DNA from: Cenococcum geophilum
Taxonomy: Eukaryota
DNA length: 64,000 nt
Direction of reading: 5' to 3'
Assembly: GCA_050273025.1 (NCBI GenBank)
Contig: CP158635.1
Coordinates: 9,610,001 to 9,674,000, forward strand
A program made the translations under genes and the position numbers. Below the pieces are notes generated by a model. That model was not told the origin of the DNA and ran no database searches. It saw nothing but the letters and a program-made list of their open reading frames with translations. This document shows positions 1 through 11,086 of the stretch, piece by piece. Position 1 is the stretch's first letter. Each line of letters opens with the position of its first letter.

Positions 1-15
1 CCCCGTCCCGTGACA
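1..15. mobile_element. Probable LTR terminus at the window edge (..CCCGTGACA), truncating the LINE to its right
   Basis: Ends in TGACA. CCCGTGACA is the reverse complement of the start of the solo LTR at 38416 (TGTCACGGG). Only 15 bp are visible. Confidence 0.35.
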
Positions 16-3000
16 GTGGCCTTATACTATAACTGCTCTTTATATAGTAGTAGTGTTAATATAAACGTCTAGTAGTAGGACTGCCGCTTCGCGTTTAAGT
101 ACGGCGCGTAGTATTCTCTTATAGGCCCCTATAGTTCTATATAGGCACTAGTTTTATAACTTAGTTAGTGGCGCTAGGGAGTTTTTTACTAGCACCTTAC
201 CGCCTAGTCCTAGGCCTTAGATCTAGGAGCTGTATAGCATTATTAGCCTTATAACTACTATATATAGTAGGCGTATAAGTCTAAAAGAGGGTCCCTATAT
301 TGTAACGTTTCCTATCCTAACGTCGCTATACGGCTAAAAAGACACGGAGTGCTTGCGAACTTGTTATAAGCGCGGCGGGATCTAATATATATACTCTTAT
401 AATTGCCCTCCCCCCTATAGCTTGGCGTTTAAGGACAAACGTATAGTAGGGAGGGCAATTATAAGAGTATATATATTAGATCCCGCCGCGCTTGCGATAA
501 GTTCGCAAGCACTCCATGTCTTTTTGGCCGTATAGCGACGTTAGGGCGGGAAATGTTACATATATTAAGGTAGCAATTTATAATACTGCTAAGAATGCGG
601 CTGCTCCCTTATAGGTTACCTGTGTAATATACTTATTCTAGTTTAGTCTAAAGTCTACCTAGACCTTTAGGATCTTAAGGGTAGCTTCTAGTTTTGCTTT
701 GCAGCCCTAGATGTTTACTATTAAGGCTAAGTTATTACTTGCCTTTCTTTTTATTATAAAGTGGATAAGTTAGTATTTGTCTAGTGCGAATTTAGTACTA
801 TATTATTTTATCTATGCGATATATCTGTTATATGCCTAGTTTAGCCTAGTGCAGTTTTCTACTACTATGTTTCCCTATATAATTAAGTTTATATCATCTA
901 TAAATCCTAGGGCTATTATATCCTAGCTATTATTAAATATCTTTAGTAGTTTAGATATAAAGAAGAGGAATAGGATTAATAAGAGGGGTAATCCCTATTG
1001 GATACCTGTGGGTATTAGTATTAATTTGTTTTTATATCCCTTAATTATAATTTTTATAATACGCCCTATTAGGAATACTTAGACAAACTTAATTATTTAG
1101 TCTAGTAGGCCCTTACTTCTTAAGATTTATGGGAGTCTCTTATATAATATGTTATTAAAGGCTCCGCTTAGGTCTAGGCTTAGTATAGATATAGTATATC
1201 CTAAGTAAGCTTACTATACCACTTAGACACTATAGGTAATTAGAAAGAGGGCTAAGAGGGTTAATTGTTTCTTCCTTGCGCCTATTTATATCTACAGTAG
1301 TAACTTCTATACTTCCGCCGCTTCTTATATACGTTTTATAACTATCTTTTTTAGAAACTTACCTAAGGCATTTTTTAGGGTAATTAGGCAGTAACTTCCC
1401 AGAAGGGAGTAGTTTTTTTCTTTACCTTTTATAGGATAACCGTAGATATTACTTTAAAGTATTTGGGTAGTTCGCCTCTCTAGAGGCAGGCGGATGTGGC
1501 CTTAGGAAGTAGTATTACTATTACTTTTACTATAGCTTTAATTACCTTATTTAGGATCTTATCTAGCCCTCGCGCTTTACTAATAGGGAGCTTTTATATA
1601 GTGTCCTTTATTTCTTTTACTAATATTATATGGCTTATTTTAATAGGTAAGGGGAGGGATTAACTACTAATGTCCTATAGGTCTACTTAGCCCATGCCTA
1701 GGAAGAACCTTTCTGCTAGTATTTTGATTTTTCCCTTATTATTATTTATATACTAGTCCTAATCTATTTAGCGAAGTGTGGGTAAATGGGGGTCCCCTAG
1801 CGTCTCTTTAGCGACTTATCTGCTCCATTTTAATATATACTAAAGTCCCTTATTTTATGGTTTAGTAGTATTTAAAGTAATTTTTTTTAGGAATTGGCGC
1901 TAGTTATTTCTACTCTCTTTCCGTATTATCTTCTTAAGCCTATTCTTTAAGGCCTTATAGCTCTATTAGTGGTGGGCTTTACCTATTACACCATACTATC
2001 GCCTTACCCTTTTTGTGCCTATAAGTAGCTAAGCCGCCTCTAGCGACTATTCGCGGCGGACGTGTTTACTAGATTGGGCCTTTAGGCAGTATTCTTCTAA
2101 GTAGTTACTTATAATCCTCTAGATATCTTCTAGCAATGCCTAAAGTATAGCTGCTAGCCTATTAGTAACTTCCTAGGTATATTTTTCCTAGTTAAGTTTA
2201 TTAGTGGCGTATCTCTAGCAAGTTTATTACGCTAGTGTAGTAATATTAAGCGCTATCTATATAGGTATATAGTCTGCAGTAGTTGCCTATGTATCCTTTA
2301 GTCCGCAGAACTCTAGTTAGTCTGTAAGCGTTTCTTATATAAATATAAGGTTAATTATACTCTCTTAGGTTCCTCTTTTTTAGGTAGGTTTACTAGTTAA
2401 AGTAATTAGGGCAAAGCCCCGCGTTTCTAGCTCGTTTAGTAAATGGGTCGCCTATACTTTATTTATAGCTTACTGCCCTCTCTATAATATATAGTGTGCG
2501 TTAAAGTCCCCTAAGACTATTACCTCGCCTTCCGCTATATTAATAGTCTGTTAAAGTAGTCCCTTATAGCGATTTGGGGCTTATTATCCTTTAGGTTATA
2601 AGTGTTAGTTATGCTGATTTAGCCCTAATTAGTAGCTAGTTATAGTTTATCTATATTAGGGCTAATACTATAGTAGTTTTATACCTGTATCTTAATGCGT
2701 TAACTAACTAGGAAGTATATATAGGTAGCCGGGTTTAGTTTATATAGGAGGTAGTATCCTTTTAGTTAGTATGTTTTATATATTTGCTTATTATATGCTA
2801 GTTTCTATAGAGCTATTATCTAATATTTTTCTAAGTCTAAACTATTAAATAGGGGCCGTATTACTCTATAGTTTAAGTGTCCGCAGTTATATTGTATTAT
2901 TATTAGTCTATTTATAGTATTAGTTAGTCTAATACCTTATAGGCGTCTTTTATTCGCCTCTAAAGCGTCTTATCTAGGGCCTTTATAATTAGGATTCTTT

Positions 3001-4420
3001 GCTAGGATAGGTCTCTAGAGGTATTAGTGCTGCCTTAGGGGCGTCCTACGCTCCGCTTTGCAGCTAGTTGGGCAAAGGGTGCCCCTATTAGGGTAGGTAC
3101 CCTAAATCTCTTTCTTTATGCGACTATCTAGCTACTATTACCTATTGTGCTTAGCTCTTTCTCCTTATATGCGTTTCCTTATAATATAGCTATAACCTAG
3201 TATAGTTTATCTTGTCTTGTCCTAATAGCTTCTAGGTATACCTAGAAGGTCTTATATACCGTCTTCTGCTATACTTTATATTCTTTACCGCAGTTTACGT
3301 ATCTGGCTCCCTTATCCTTAGGGTAGTCCTTTATCTTATATATGTCGGCATACCGCCTATACCTTTTCTATCTCCTGTATACACTCTAGGTATAGCCCTA
3401 CTGCTAGTATCTAAAGCATTAGTATATTTAGACTGAGCAGTGGTATAGCCGGGCTTTATATTAGAGGCTATCTATAACTATTCCTTTATATACTATAGCC
3501 GCTTATATCTCCTAAGTTAGTAGGTTAATTATTAGAGTGCTATGTATTTTAACCTTTTAGAACTCTAATAATACTCCTATATATATGGTGCGTACTTTAT
3601 AGAGTTATGCGACTCTAGATATTATAATTCCTAGGACTAATTTTTTAATAGCCTCTATAATCTTTTAGATAAGTTATAGATTTATAACGCCTTACCTGCT
3701 TTCTACTTATATATTAAGGGGTACTCTAATTACTTTAACTGGGTAATCCTAACGGAGGATCTTGTACTTAGGGATGTCTTCCTAGGTAATGGCCTGGTTC
3801 TTTACCTATTGGTTAGGAAGTATAACCTCTACGTTACTACTATATAGGACCTTTACTGCCACTACCTTTAGTATATATATTCTAATTAATATAAGGATCT
3901 ATTCTAGCTCTACTCCTACTACCTCTAGTATTTAGACCCTAACTATAGACCTTACTGGTACTACGCTAGGGAGGCGCTAAAAGGGCGCCGGTTGGGTACT
4001 AGCGGCAATATTAGCCTATAAGGGCTTTATTAAGTACGTTATTAGTATTCCCTATAATTTTATAGCATTCTTAATACGCATAAGCCTATTCTTTACGACG
4101 TTATAGTTTTTATTATACCTTGTCTATAGTTCCTAAGCGATCTATCCTGCCTATTAGGCCGCACGCGCTACCTCTACGCGTAGGTGTTTGTCTTTTCCCT
4201 TCCCTAGATCTTCCTTAATGTCTTTTAGGATGTCTATAAGTTTCTACCACTTCTAGTCGTTATCCTTTAGTTATTGTAGTTAGGTTACCCCCTATTAGGT
4301 TTGTTATAGTGTCGCGTTTTTCTATATATCGACCCACCTTTAAGTCTACTACGACCCTCCTATATTGCGTAGGCTTTTTAGCTGTAATACATATACTAGT
4401 TCTAAGGCATATTATACCAT
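16..4420 (-). mobile_element. Tad1-like LINE, RIP-inactivated (ORF1 about 4420-2930; ORF2 EN-RT about 2915 to <16)
   Basis: Minus-strand de-RIP translation gives the EN start IIQYNCGHSN (about 2870-2915), RT GIPQGSPLSPILFLF (about 960-1012) and gag knuckles QCFRCWQWGH..C / CVNCGKEH (about 3250-3430). Confidence 0.9.
301..560. mobile_element. 260-bp palindromic non-autonomous element (TGT...ACA, arms about 112 bp, 5-bp TSD TATAT)
   Basis: 301-412 is the near-perfect reverse complement of 449-560. TATAT occurs at 296-300 and 561-565. It interrupts LINE ORF2. Confidence 0.88.
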
Positions 4421-5100
4421 AAATTTAATTGGGAGTGGCTGTTTCTTTATTAGATAAGTATTAGGCGTATTTTATTACTGTAGCGGCTTAAACAAAGTAT
4501 ACTATATAGTTTTAAATTTATATAATATAGATTAAATAAATAAATAAAAACATTAATAATATAATATTATTAAAAATTAAAGTTTAAAGTATAGGATGTA
4601 ATAATTTTTATATAAAATGTAGAAAATATAAAAAAAACTAATTAATTAAGTAGTTAAGATTAATAATTAAATTTATTAAAAAGAAAGGGCTAATAAAGAT
4701 TAATATTAACCAGCTTAAGTGTACAGGGCACTATAGTAAATTTAAAAATTAATAGGTTATAGACTAGAGTTAATAGATTTTAATAGAATATAAAAGTTAA
4801 AAAAAAGTTTTTAAAATTAAAATAGCAAAAAGATAATAATAAAGGATTAAAAATTAATTAAAGGAGTATAGGCTAAATTAAAAACTCCAAAAAAATGTTT
4901 AAATAGATTTTAGAGTAAAACAAATGTTTTAAAAAACAGTTTATATAAAATATAAGAATAAAGATATTTTACTAAAAATTGTAAAAGTAATTAGAGTATT
5001 AATATAATAAAGGGTATAAAACAATTAAAAGATATAAGTGTATTAAAAGTTATTTAGGAATGTTTAATTAGAAGTTCTATATTTTATTATAATAATATAT

Positions 5101-6130
5101 ATTATTATTATTAATTCTATTTAATGCCCGATATGGTTTTTTTTAAAAGTCTATATAGACTTCTACCTTCTATATATAGGAAAAACCCCTAAGGGGGAAA
5201 ACCTAGGTATGTCCTTTTAGTTAGTCTTACGCACTCCGCCTTCGCCTAGCCTATATGCCTTTATACTATATCTGCCTTATATACTATACTTCTAAGGTAT
5301 TTTAAAAGATCTAGGGGGTAGTAAAAGAGTTTAGCGACTCGCCTTTATATCGCCTTTGCCTAAGTGGGGGCGTTTAGTCTCTAAGGGACTAGAAGGGAGT
5401 ATATCCTTTAGTATTATCCAGTTAAATCTTATTTGCTATCTAAAACTACTAAAGGACTTCTTAGCCTATAAACTACTGTGCTACTATATATAGACCCTTA
5501 CTTATAGAAAGCATTCGGGTAATATTATTTATACCTACCCTAGTAAATAACTGGTCTTTTACCGTACGGTAGCTGCAGAAGAGTAGTATGTAGCGTACTA
5601 ATAGTATAGGCTATCCGTATATATAGTGTAGTGTAGTATTTAGAATATAGATGCTTATTAGCTATGCGTTTAGTTTTAAGACCTCTATTTTTAGTAGGAA
5701 GACGGCTATAGATTTTACTTTCGTCTGTCCTTTATATAGGGGGAGAGTTAGTATTATCTATAGGGTGTTCTATATGGCTGCCTTCTGTATTTTTGCCGCC
5801 TTCTTTTATTGTTAGTTCTACTTAATATCTGCTATCTCGCGATATATATAGTAGATCTCCATATATACTAGTAGCCTCCTATCCTCTATTGCCGTAGCGG
5901 CGCTCTACTAGTATAGCGGTAGGTCTCTACTTAATGTTATAGAAGCTCCCGTATTTCCTATTCTTTCTTTACCGCTTATAGGCGGAGGGCTTCCTAGCTT
6001 ATAAGCTTAGACGCGTTGCCCCTCTAGAGGGCCCTTGCTCCTTGTATACGTTCTAGTATTTAGCATATATCCTTCTCCACTAGGTAGTCTTATACTATAG
6101 CTGCTTTCTATACAGCGATTGTATCTATAT
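5101..6130 (-). mobile_element. 5'-truncated Tad1-like LINE (ORF2 C-terminus, 3' UTR and tail)
   Basis: De-RIP frame reads AESTAVFLLRTEVLGLNAWL..CTCGWP..VRHMLLFC..AAQWFI..LQQF. The 3' end GGGCATTAAATAGAATT(AAT)n lies at about 5101-5130. No clear TSD. Confidence 0.75.
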
Positions 6131-6363
6131 TAATATAAATTATTAATTATAGAAAATTGGGTTAGATAAATTTAGGGGTATAAAAGAATTGGAAAATTAA
6201 TAAAATAAGTTATATTATAAGGAAAATATAGAAATAATAAATCTAAAAATCCAATTACAGTATAAAATTTAAAGGAATTAGATATAAAAAGTAATAAAAA
6301 AAGGCATAATAAGATTATAAAGACCTTAGAGATATAATATTAAGACAGATATTATATTAGGCC

Positions 6364-6463
6364 CTTCTTAAATAGAGTTTTCTCCCCACATGTAAATAAG
6401 GAGTAGTCTACGTGGGCCCAATAGGGATCTAAATTGGACGTTAAGCAATGAATAATAATAATA
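6364..6463 (+). mobile_element. 100-bp 3'-terminal fragment of the LINE family at 54473-60057, with a 13-bp TSD
   Basis: Matches 59964-60057 (TTCTTAAATAGAG...GGACGTTAAGCAATGAAT) and carries an (AAT)n tail. TSD ATTATATTAGGCC at 6351-6363 and 6464-6476. Confidence 0.9.
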
Positions 6464-6819
6464 ATTATATTAGGCCATAGAGACTTACTTACTATAACCA
6501 GCGTAGTGCAGAGAAGGCGTAAGCGAGGTGCCTATAAAACATCGGCAAAATATTGTCCCTTGTAAATGACCTCAGCTGCTAGAAGCTGGCGTTGTTGGCG
6601 GGCCATTAAGGGCATTAACTAACTTAACAAACCAGCCTATGTTAAGTTTATTTGACACGCAGCCTACGCGCAGCCTACGCATAGCCTACGTAACCTACGC
6701 AACCTACGCAACCTGCGCAACCTATATAACTTATAATTTTAGATAATAAAGGCTACTTTAAAGCCGTTTATAAAGCTATTAAGATAAATTGTATACACTT
6801 CTTTATATAATCTATTATG

Positions 6820-7120
6820 TCTATATCTACTACCTATCTGCATTATCTACCTATCTACATTACCTACCTATCTGTATTACCTACCTGTCTACATTACCTA
6901 CCTATCTATATTATCTACCTATTTATATTACCTACCTATCTACATTACCTACCTATCTGTATCGCCTACCTATCTACATCGTCTACCTATCTGCATTGTC
7001 TACCTATTTATATTACCTACCTATCTGCATCGCCTACCTGTCTATATCGCCTACCTATTTATATCGTCTACCTGTCTATATTGTCTACCTATCTATATTG
7101 CCTACCTATCTGCATCTGCC
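6820..7120. repeat. CTAC/CTAT-based degenerate minisatellite
   Basis: Repeating CTACCTATCTACATTAC-like units; a second patch lies at about 7675-7762. Confidence 0.85.
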
Positions 7121-7124
7121 TATA

Positions 7125-8005
7125 GTGTCTAATTTAATTTGGGGGAGAGGTCGGCCTAATTAAAGGCTCTAATTGATTCGAATTGTTCTCTATAGCCGTT
7201 CGCTAGCTATATATTTAAATAGTAGTTATCTAGGGTGCCTCCCTAGGAGGCCTTAATTCAATTCGATTCGGTAATAGGCTCTAGATTAATTTAATTAATT
7301 AATTAAATCGTTCGTGGTGTTCGCTGGCTGGTTATTTAAACGGTCGTCATCTGGTTCCGGTAACAGTCATCTACTAGTTCTGGCGACGGTCGTCTAGTTC
7401 TAGCAACGGTTATCTGGTTCTGGCGACGGTTATCTAGTTCTAGCAACGGTTATCTGGTTCTGGCGACGGTCATCTAGTTCTAGCGACGGTTGTCTAGTTC
7501 TAGCAACGGTCGTCTAGTTCTAGCGACAGTCATTTAGTTCTGGCGACGGTTATCTAGTTCTAGCGACATTTATCTAGTTTTAGCGACGGTTGTGGTTCTA
7601 GCGACGGTTATCTAGTTCTAGTAACGGTCGTCTAGTTCTGGTAACGGTTGTCTAGTTCTAGCAACGGTCCTCTTTTACCTGCCTACCTGCCTATCTACCT
7701 ACTTGTCTACCTACCTACTTATTTATTTACCTACCTATCTATCTATCTACCTACCTGCCTGCGTTAGTGTCTGGTTTAATTTAGGGGAGAAGTCGGCCTA
7801 ATTAAAGGCTCTTATTAATTCGAATTATTCTCTATAGCCGTTTGCTAGCTATATATTTAAACGATAGTTATCTAAAGTGCCTTCCTAGAAAGTCTTAATT
7901 TAATTTAGTAACGGGCCAATATTAAAGCTCTGGTTTAATTTAATTAATTAATTAATTAAATCGTTTATAGTGTTTACTGGCTGGTTATTTAAACGGTTAT
8001 TATCT
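7125..8005. repeat. Direct duplication of a block of about 230 bp (7125-7350 and 7766-8005)
   Basis: Both copies read GTGTCT..TTTAATTT.GGGGAGA.GTCGGCCTAATTAAAGGCTCT...TTAATTAATTAATTAAATCG...CTGGTTATTTAAACGG. Confidence 0.85.
7350..7670. repeat. 20-bp tandem repeat (TCTAGTTCTAGCGACGGTTA); second array at about 8000-8120
   Basis: Head-to-tail units with no spacers. Confidence 0.9.
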
Positions 8006-8231
8006 AGTTTTAGTAACGGTTATCTAGTTTTAGCGACGGTTGTCTGGTTCTAGCAACGGTTATCTAGTTCTGGCGACGATCGTCTAGTTTTAGCGACGGT
8101 TATCTAGTTCTAGCGATGGTCCTCTACTAGCTGCCGTTCTAGTACCTCCTAAGGTAGGGAGGATATAAGGAAGGGTAAAAAATAAGGTGGCTGTAAAGGG
8201 GGTAACTTAGTAGAGGTATATGCGGGGACCT

Positions 8232-8690
8232 AATATAGAGCTTTATATAGAGCCTCCGTATATAGAGCTTCGCGTAAAGCCTTGTGCAGAGCCTCTATAT
8301 ATAGAGCTTTATATAGAGCTTTATATAAAGCTTTATACAGAGCCTTGTATAAAGCCTCTATACGTAAAGCTTTATATAGAGCCTTATGCAGAGTATCTAT
8401 ACGTAGAGCTTTATATAGAGCCTCTGTCGTAGAGCTTTATATAGAGCTTTGTGTAGAGCCTTATGCAGAGCCTTATACAGAGCCTTTATTATAAAGCTTT
8501 ATATAGAGCTTTATATAGAGCCTCTTAAGTATATAACTTAAAAATAATATATTATATTACCTTAATTATATATTAAGGAATATATAAGTTAGTTAACTGC
8601 GTGTTATTTAACTTTTAAATATATTAAGTTGGTTAACTGCGTATTATTTGACTTTTAAATATGTCAAGTTGGTTAACTGCATGTCAATTA
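8232..8690. repeat. About 14-bp ATAGAGC(T/C)TT-type tandem array (8232-8525) and about 40-bp AAGTTGGTTAACTGC repeats (8585-8690)
   Basis: Tandem units visible directly. Confidence 0.85.
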
Positions 8691-10063
8691 CGCGAAACGC
8701 GCTTAACAAAGTCGACTTAAAACCCAGCCTGCGAATATTTTCCCGATAAATGTAGTTACCCTATATAGAAGAACAGTAGAATTTAGTTCTATTTTACTTC
8801 TTTACTAAGAACCAGATCCCTATTACAGTCTGCTACTATTATTACATTATTATATAACCCTAAGAGCCTTAGCGCTTTAGCAATTTTAAATTCTCTACCT
8901 TTTTAAGAGGTAACGGCCTAGTAATATAATAGTTTGTAAAAGGCTATAACTATATTACCTCTGTTAATAGACAACCCGTCTTTATTAGTTTATAGACCTA
9001 ATAGTAAGATATAGTTATAACACTAATATAGTATAGAGTATTGAGTTGGGGAATTAGCCTTAAGAAAACATAAGTCGAACTATATCTTAGTTAGAACTAG
9101 AAGCTATAAGTAAAAAGGACGTTATATAGAAAGTGATACAACGGCTAGAGAATAAGAAGCTATAACTCTTAAAGTAAAGAAAATTATAGCTGCTTAGGGA
9201 GAAAGTAAAAGTGCTATACTAGTATTAGTATAATAAAGTAATATTAACTCCTAATCCTAACCTATATCCACTACCTTAAAGTATCCTATTAAAGTACTTA
9301 AATAATATCTTAATGCATCCAACCCTTAAGCAGAAAATTACTAATATAATAGGTATTTTAGTAAAATAGGCCGTTAAGATAAAGAAAATTTCTCTATATT
9401 ATAACAAGACCATTTAGGAGTACTAAGACTTCTGTAATAGCTTAAAATTAACATTCTACCTAAAGCCTAATACCTTTATAAATAAAAATACTAAGATTGC
9501 ATTTATTATATAATATATAAAAGGACTAACTAAATCCTTTAGCTGTAATATAAAGATGACCACCTAGACACGCACTTATTTAGGAGAATCTTATAAAATT
9601 CCTATTTAATTAAATTAAAAGTCTTATTAATTAGGAGCTTTATATAGCTTTAACCTATATAAAAGCAATACAGTGACCTAATTAGTCTGTAAATAAGTTT
9701 ACTACTTACTTAACCACCTTAAAGGTATAAATTAACCCTTTTGCAAGGGATATTATTATAGTCCCCTTAAGGACCCCCTAGGGCAGCCCTTAGGCACTCT
9801 TTAAATAGTTGTTAGTTATATACCAGAGGTATATACCCTGTAGTATATAGTCTCTACAATCCTAGAGGCCTTACCTCCTTAAGGATTTATCTCTTTCCAA
9901 TCTATCCTATTCCTACCATCGTGCCTTATAGCCCCCTATCTATAGAGTTCCCTTATATTTAAATCCTTCCTACTTCTTTTAGAAGGGTAGCTAGCTTAAA
10001 GGACCAGATTATTTATTTATATCTTTTATTTATATTAACTATTCCTCTCTTAAAATCTTATAA

Positions 10064-10444
10064 TATTATAGGACTACCCTATAATACCTTTCACACGACT
10101 ACCCTTCTCTACTACATTTCATATGCCCTATATAATTCGACACTAGCAGAATATGGCAGACGCCGTATATTGCCCTTACGTTGCCGCATATTGCCTTTAT
10201 ATTATCCTGTTAGCAGAATATAGTAGAATATAATAGAATATAGCAGGATACACGCTTTAGTACTATTATGTATTCCGTACACCTATTGACCTAGTAACTT
10301 TATACTAATATATATCTCCCTTTCTACCTATTTCCTACCTTCTTTCCTTATATAACGTTTTAATTTTACTACGCAGTTTATATACGTAGCTTAATAATAT
10401 CTACTTCGCTATATATTATCGCCACTCGTACTTACTTTATAACA
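10064..10444 (+). repeat. 5' LTR of chromovirus A
   Basis: Direct repeat of 34616-34996; ends in TAACA. Confidence 0.92.
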
Positions 10445-10642
10445 CTACGTTGCGTTAACCTCTTATACTACTGTCGGAACATTAATCACGTGACGTAGTT
10501 ACGGGACTACGAAGCGAGACTAACTGTCTGACCTTGGAGCAACCCCTTTCTTCTAGACAATAATTAACTACTAACTTTAACACCGCATACGTACCACTAT
10601 AAGTGATATTCGTGCACGTTAATAAAGAGAGTTATACTAACA

Positions 10643-10651
10643 CTAATTAGT
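10643..10651 (+). promoter_or_regulatory. Palindromic conserved hairpin site in place of a tRNA PBS (GalEa-type)
   Basis: CTAATTAGT equals CTGATCAGT with two RIP changes and abuts the LTR's terminal CA. Confidence 0.7.
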
Positions 10652-11086
10652 AGATATATAGATTAGGAAATACGCAATAGCTAGCGCTTAAGAAGTAGTA
10701 CTAGAAATAGTTCATAATCGCCTAGTTCTTATCTATTTTATTAAAGGAGAAAGCTATATTACCCTTAAAGCTTAAGACTACGTATTAACTTAACTGCTAA
10801 CGCGTTAAATTGCCTAGAGAATTGTATCTTTACTTAGAGAAGATTATGACCTCCCTTAAGCTTAAGAGAATTTATACTGGCTTTATAGCTAATATAATAG
10901 ATCGCTAAGAGAATAGTAATCTTGCTAAGAACACTTTATAGGCCCGATAGCTATAGAGAATGTATATACTACCCTTAACCTCAACCTTAATCTTAACCTT
11001 AACCTTAACCCTTAACCTTAACCTTAACCTTAACCTTAAACCTTAAATCTTAAACCTTAAACCTTTATAACCTCTACCTAAATATA

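Larger units (their letters stand above)
6541..8747. mobile_element. Non-coding, satellite-filled element with 14-bp TIRs
   Basis: ATCGGCAAAATATT (6541-6554) vs AATATTTTCCCGAT (8734-8747), one mismatch. Flanks are AAAC / AAAT. The interior is almost all tandem repeats. Confidence 0.55.
6333..9753 (+). mobile_element. Degenerate Gypsy relic C: putative 5' LTR (6333-8846, about 190 bp once two insertions are removed) plus gag-like remnant (about 8850-9753)
   Basis: TATAATA (RIPed TGTAATA) at 6333 and TATTACA ending at 8846, with a TATA-like box near 8762. De-RIP gag-like text FCDSLKLTFYLKPDTF..TKIAF at about 9430-9510. Confidence 0.45.

Noticed and set aside
5130..6130. Possible extra ORF0 upstream of the first LINE
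   Set aside because: It translates as a LINE ORF2 C-terminus with its own 3' tail, so it is a separate truncated insertion.
7350..7670. CRISPR-like 20-bp repeats
   Set aside because: Head-to-tail with no unique spacers, no cas genes, and a eukaryotic RIP context.
6789..8494. ORF-track calls at 6789, 6817, 8220 and 8282
   Set aside because: Low-complexity translations of minisatellites.
10975..11065. Telomere-like (AACCTT)n tract
   Set aside because: The unit is not CCCTAA. It lies in Copia gag and one unit is still CCTCAA, so it is a RIPed Pro-Gln codon repeat.
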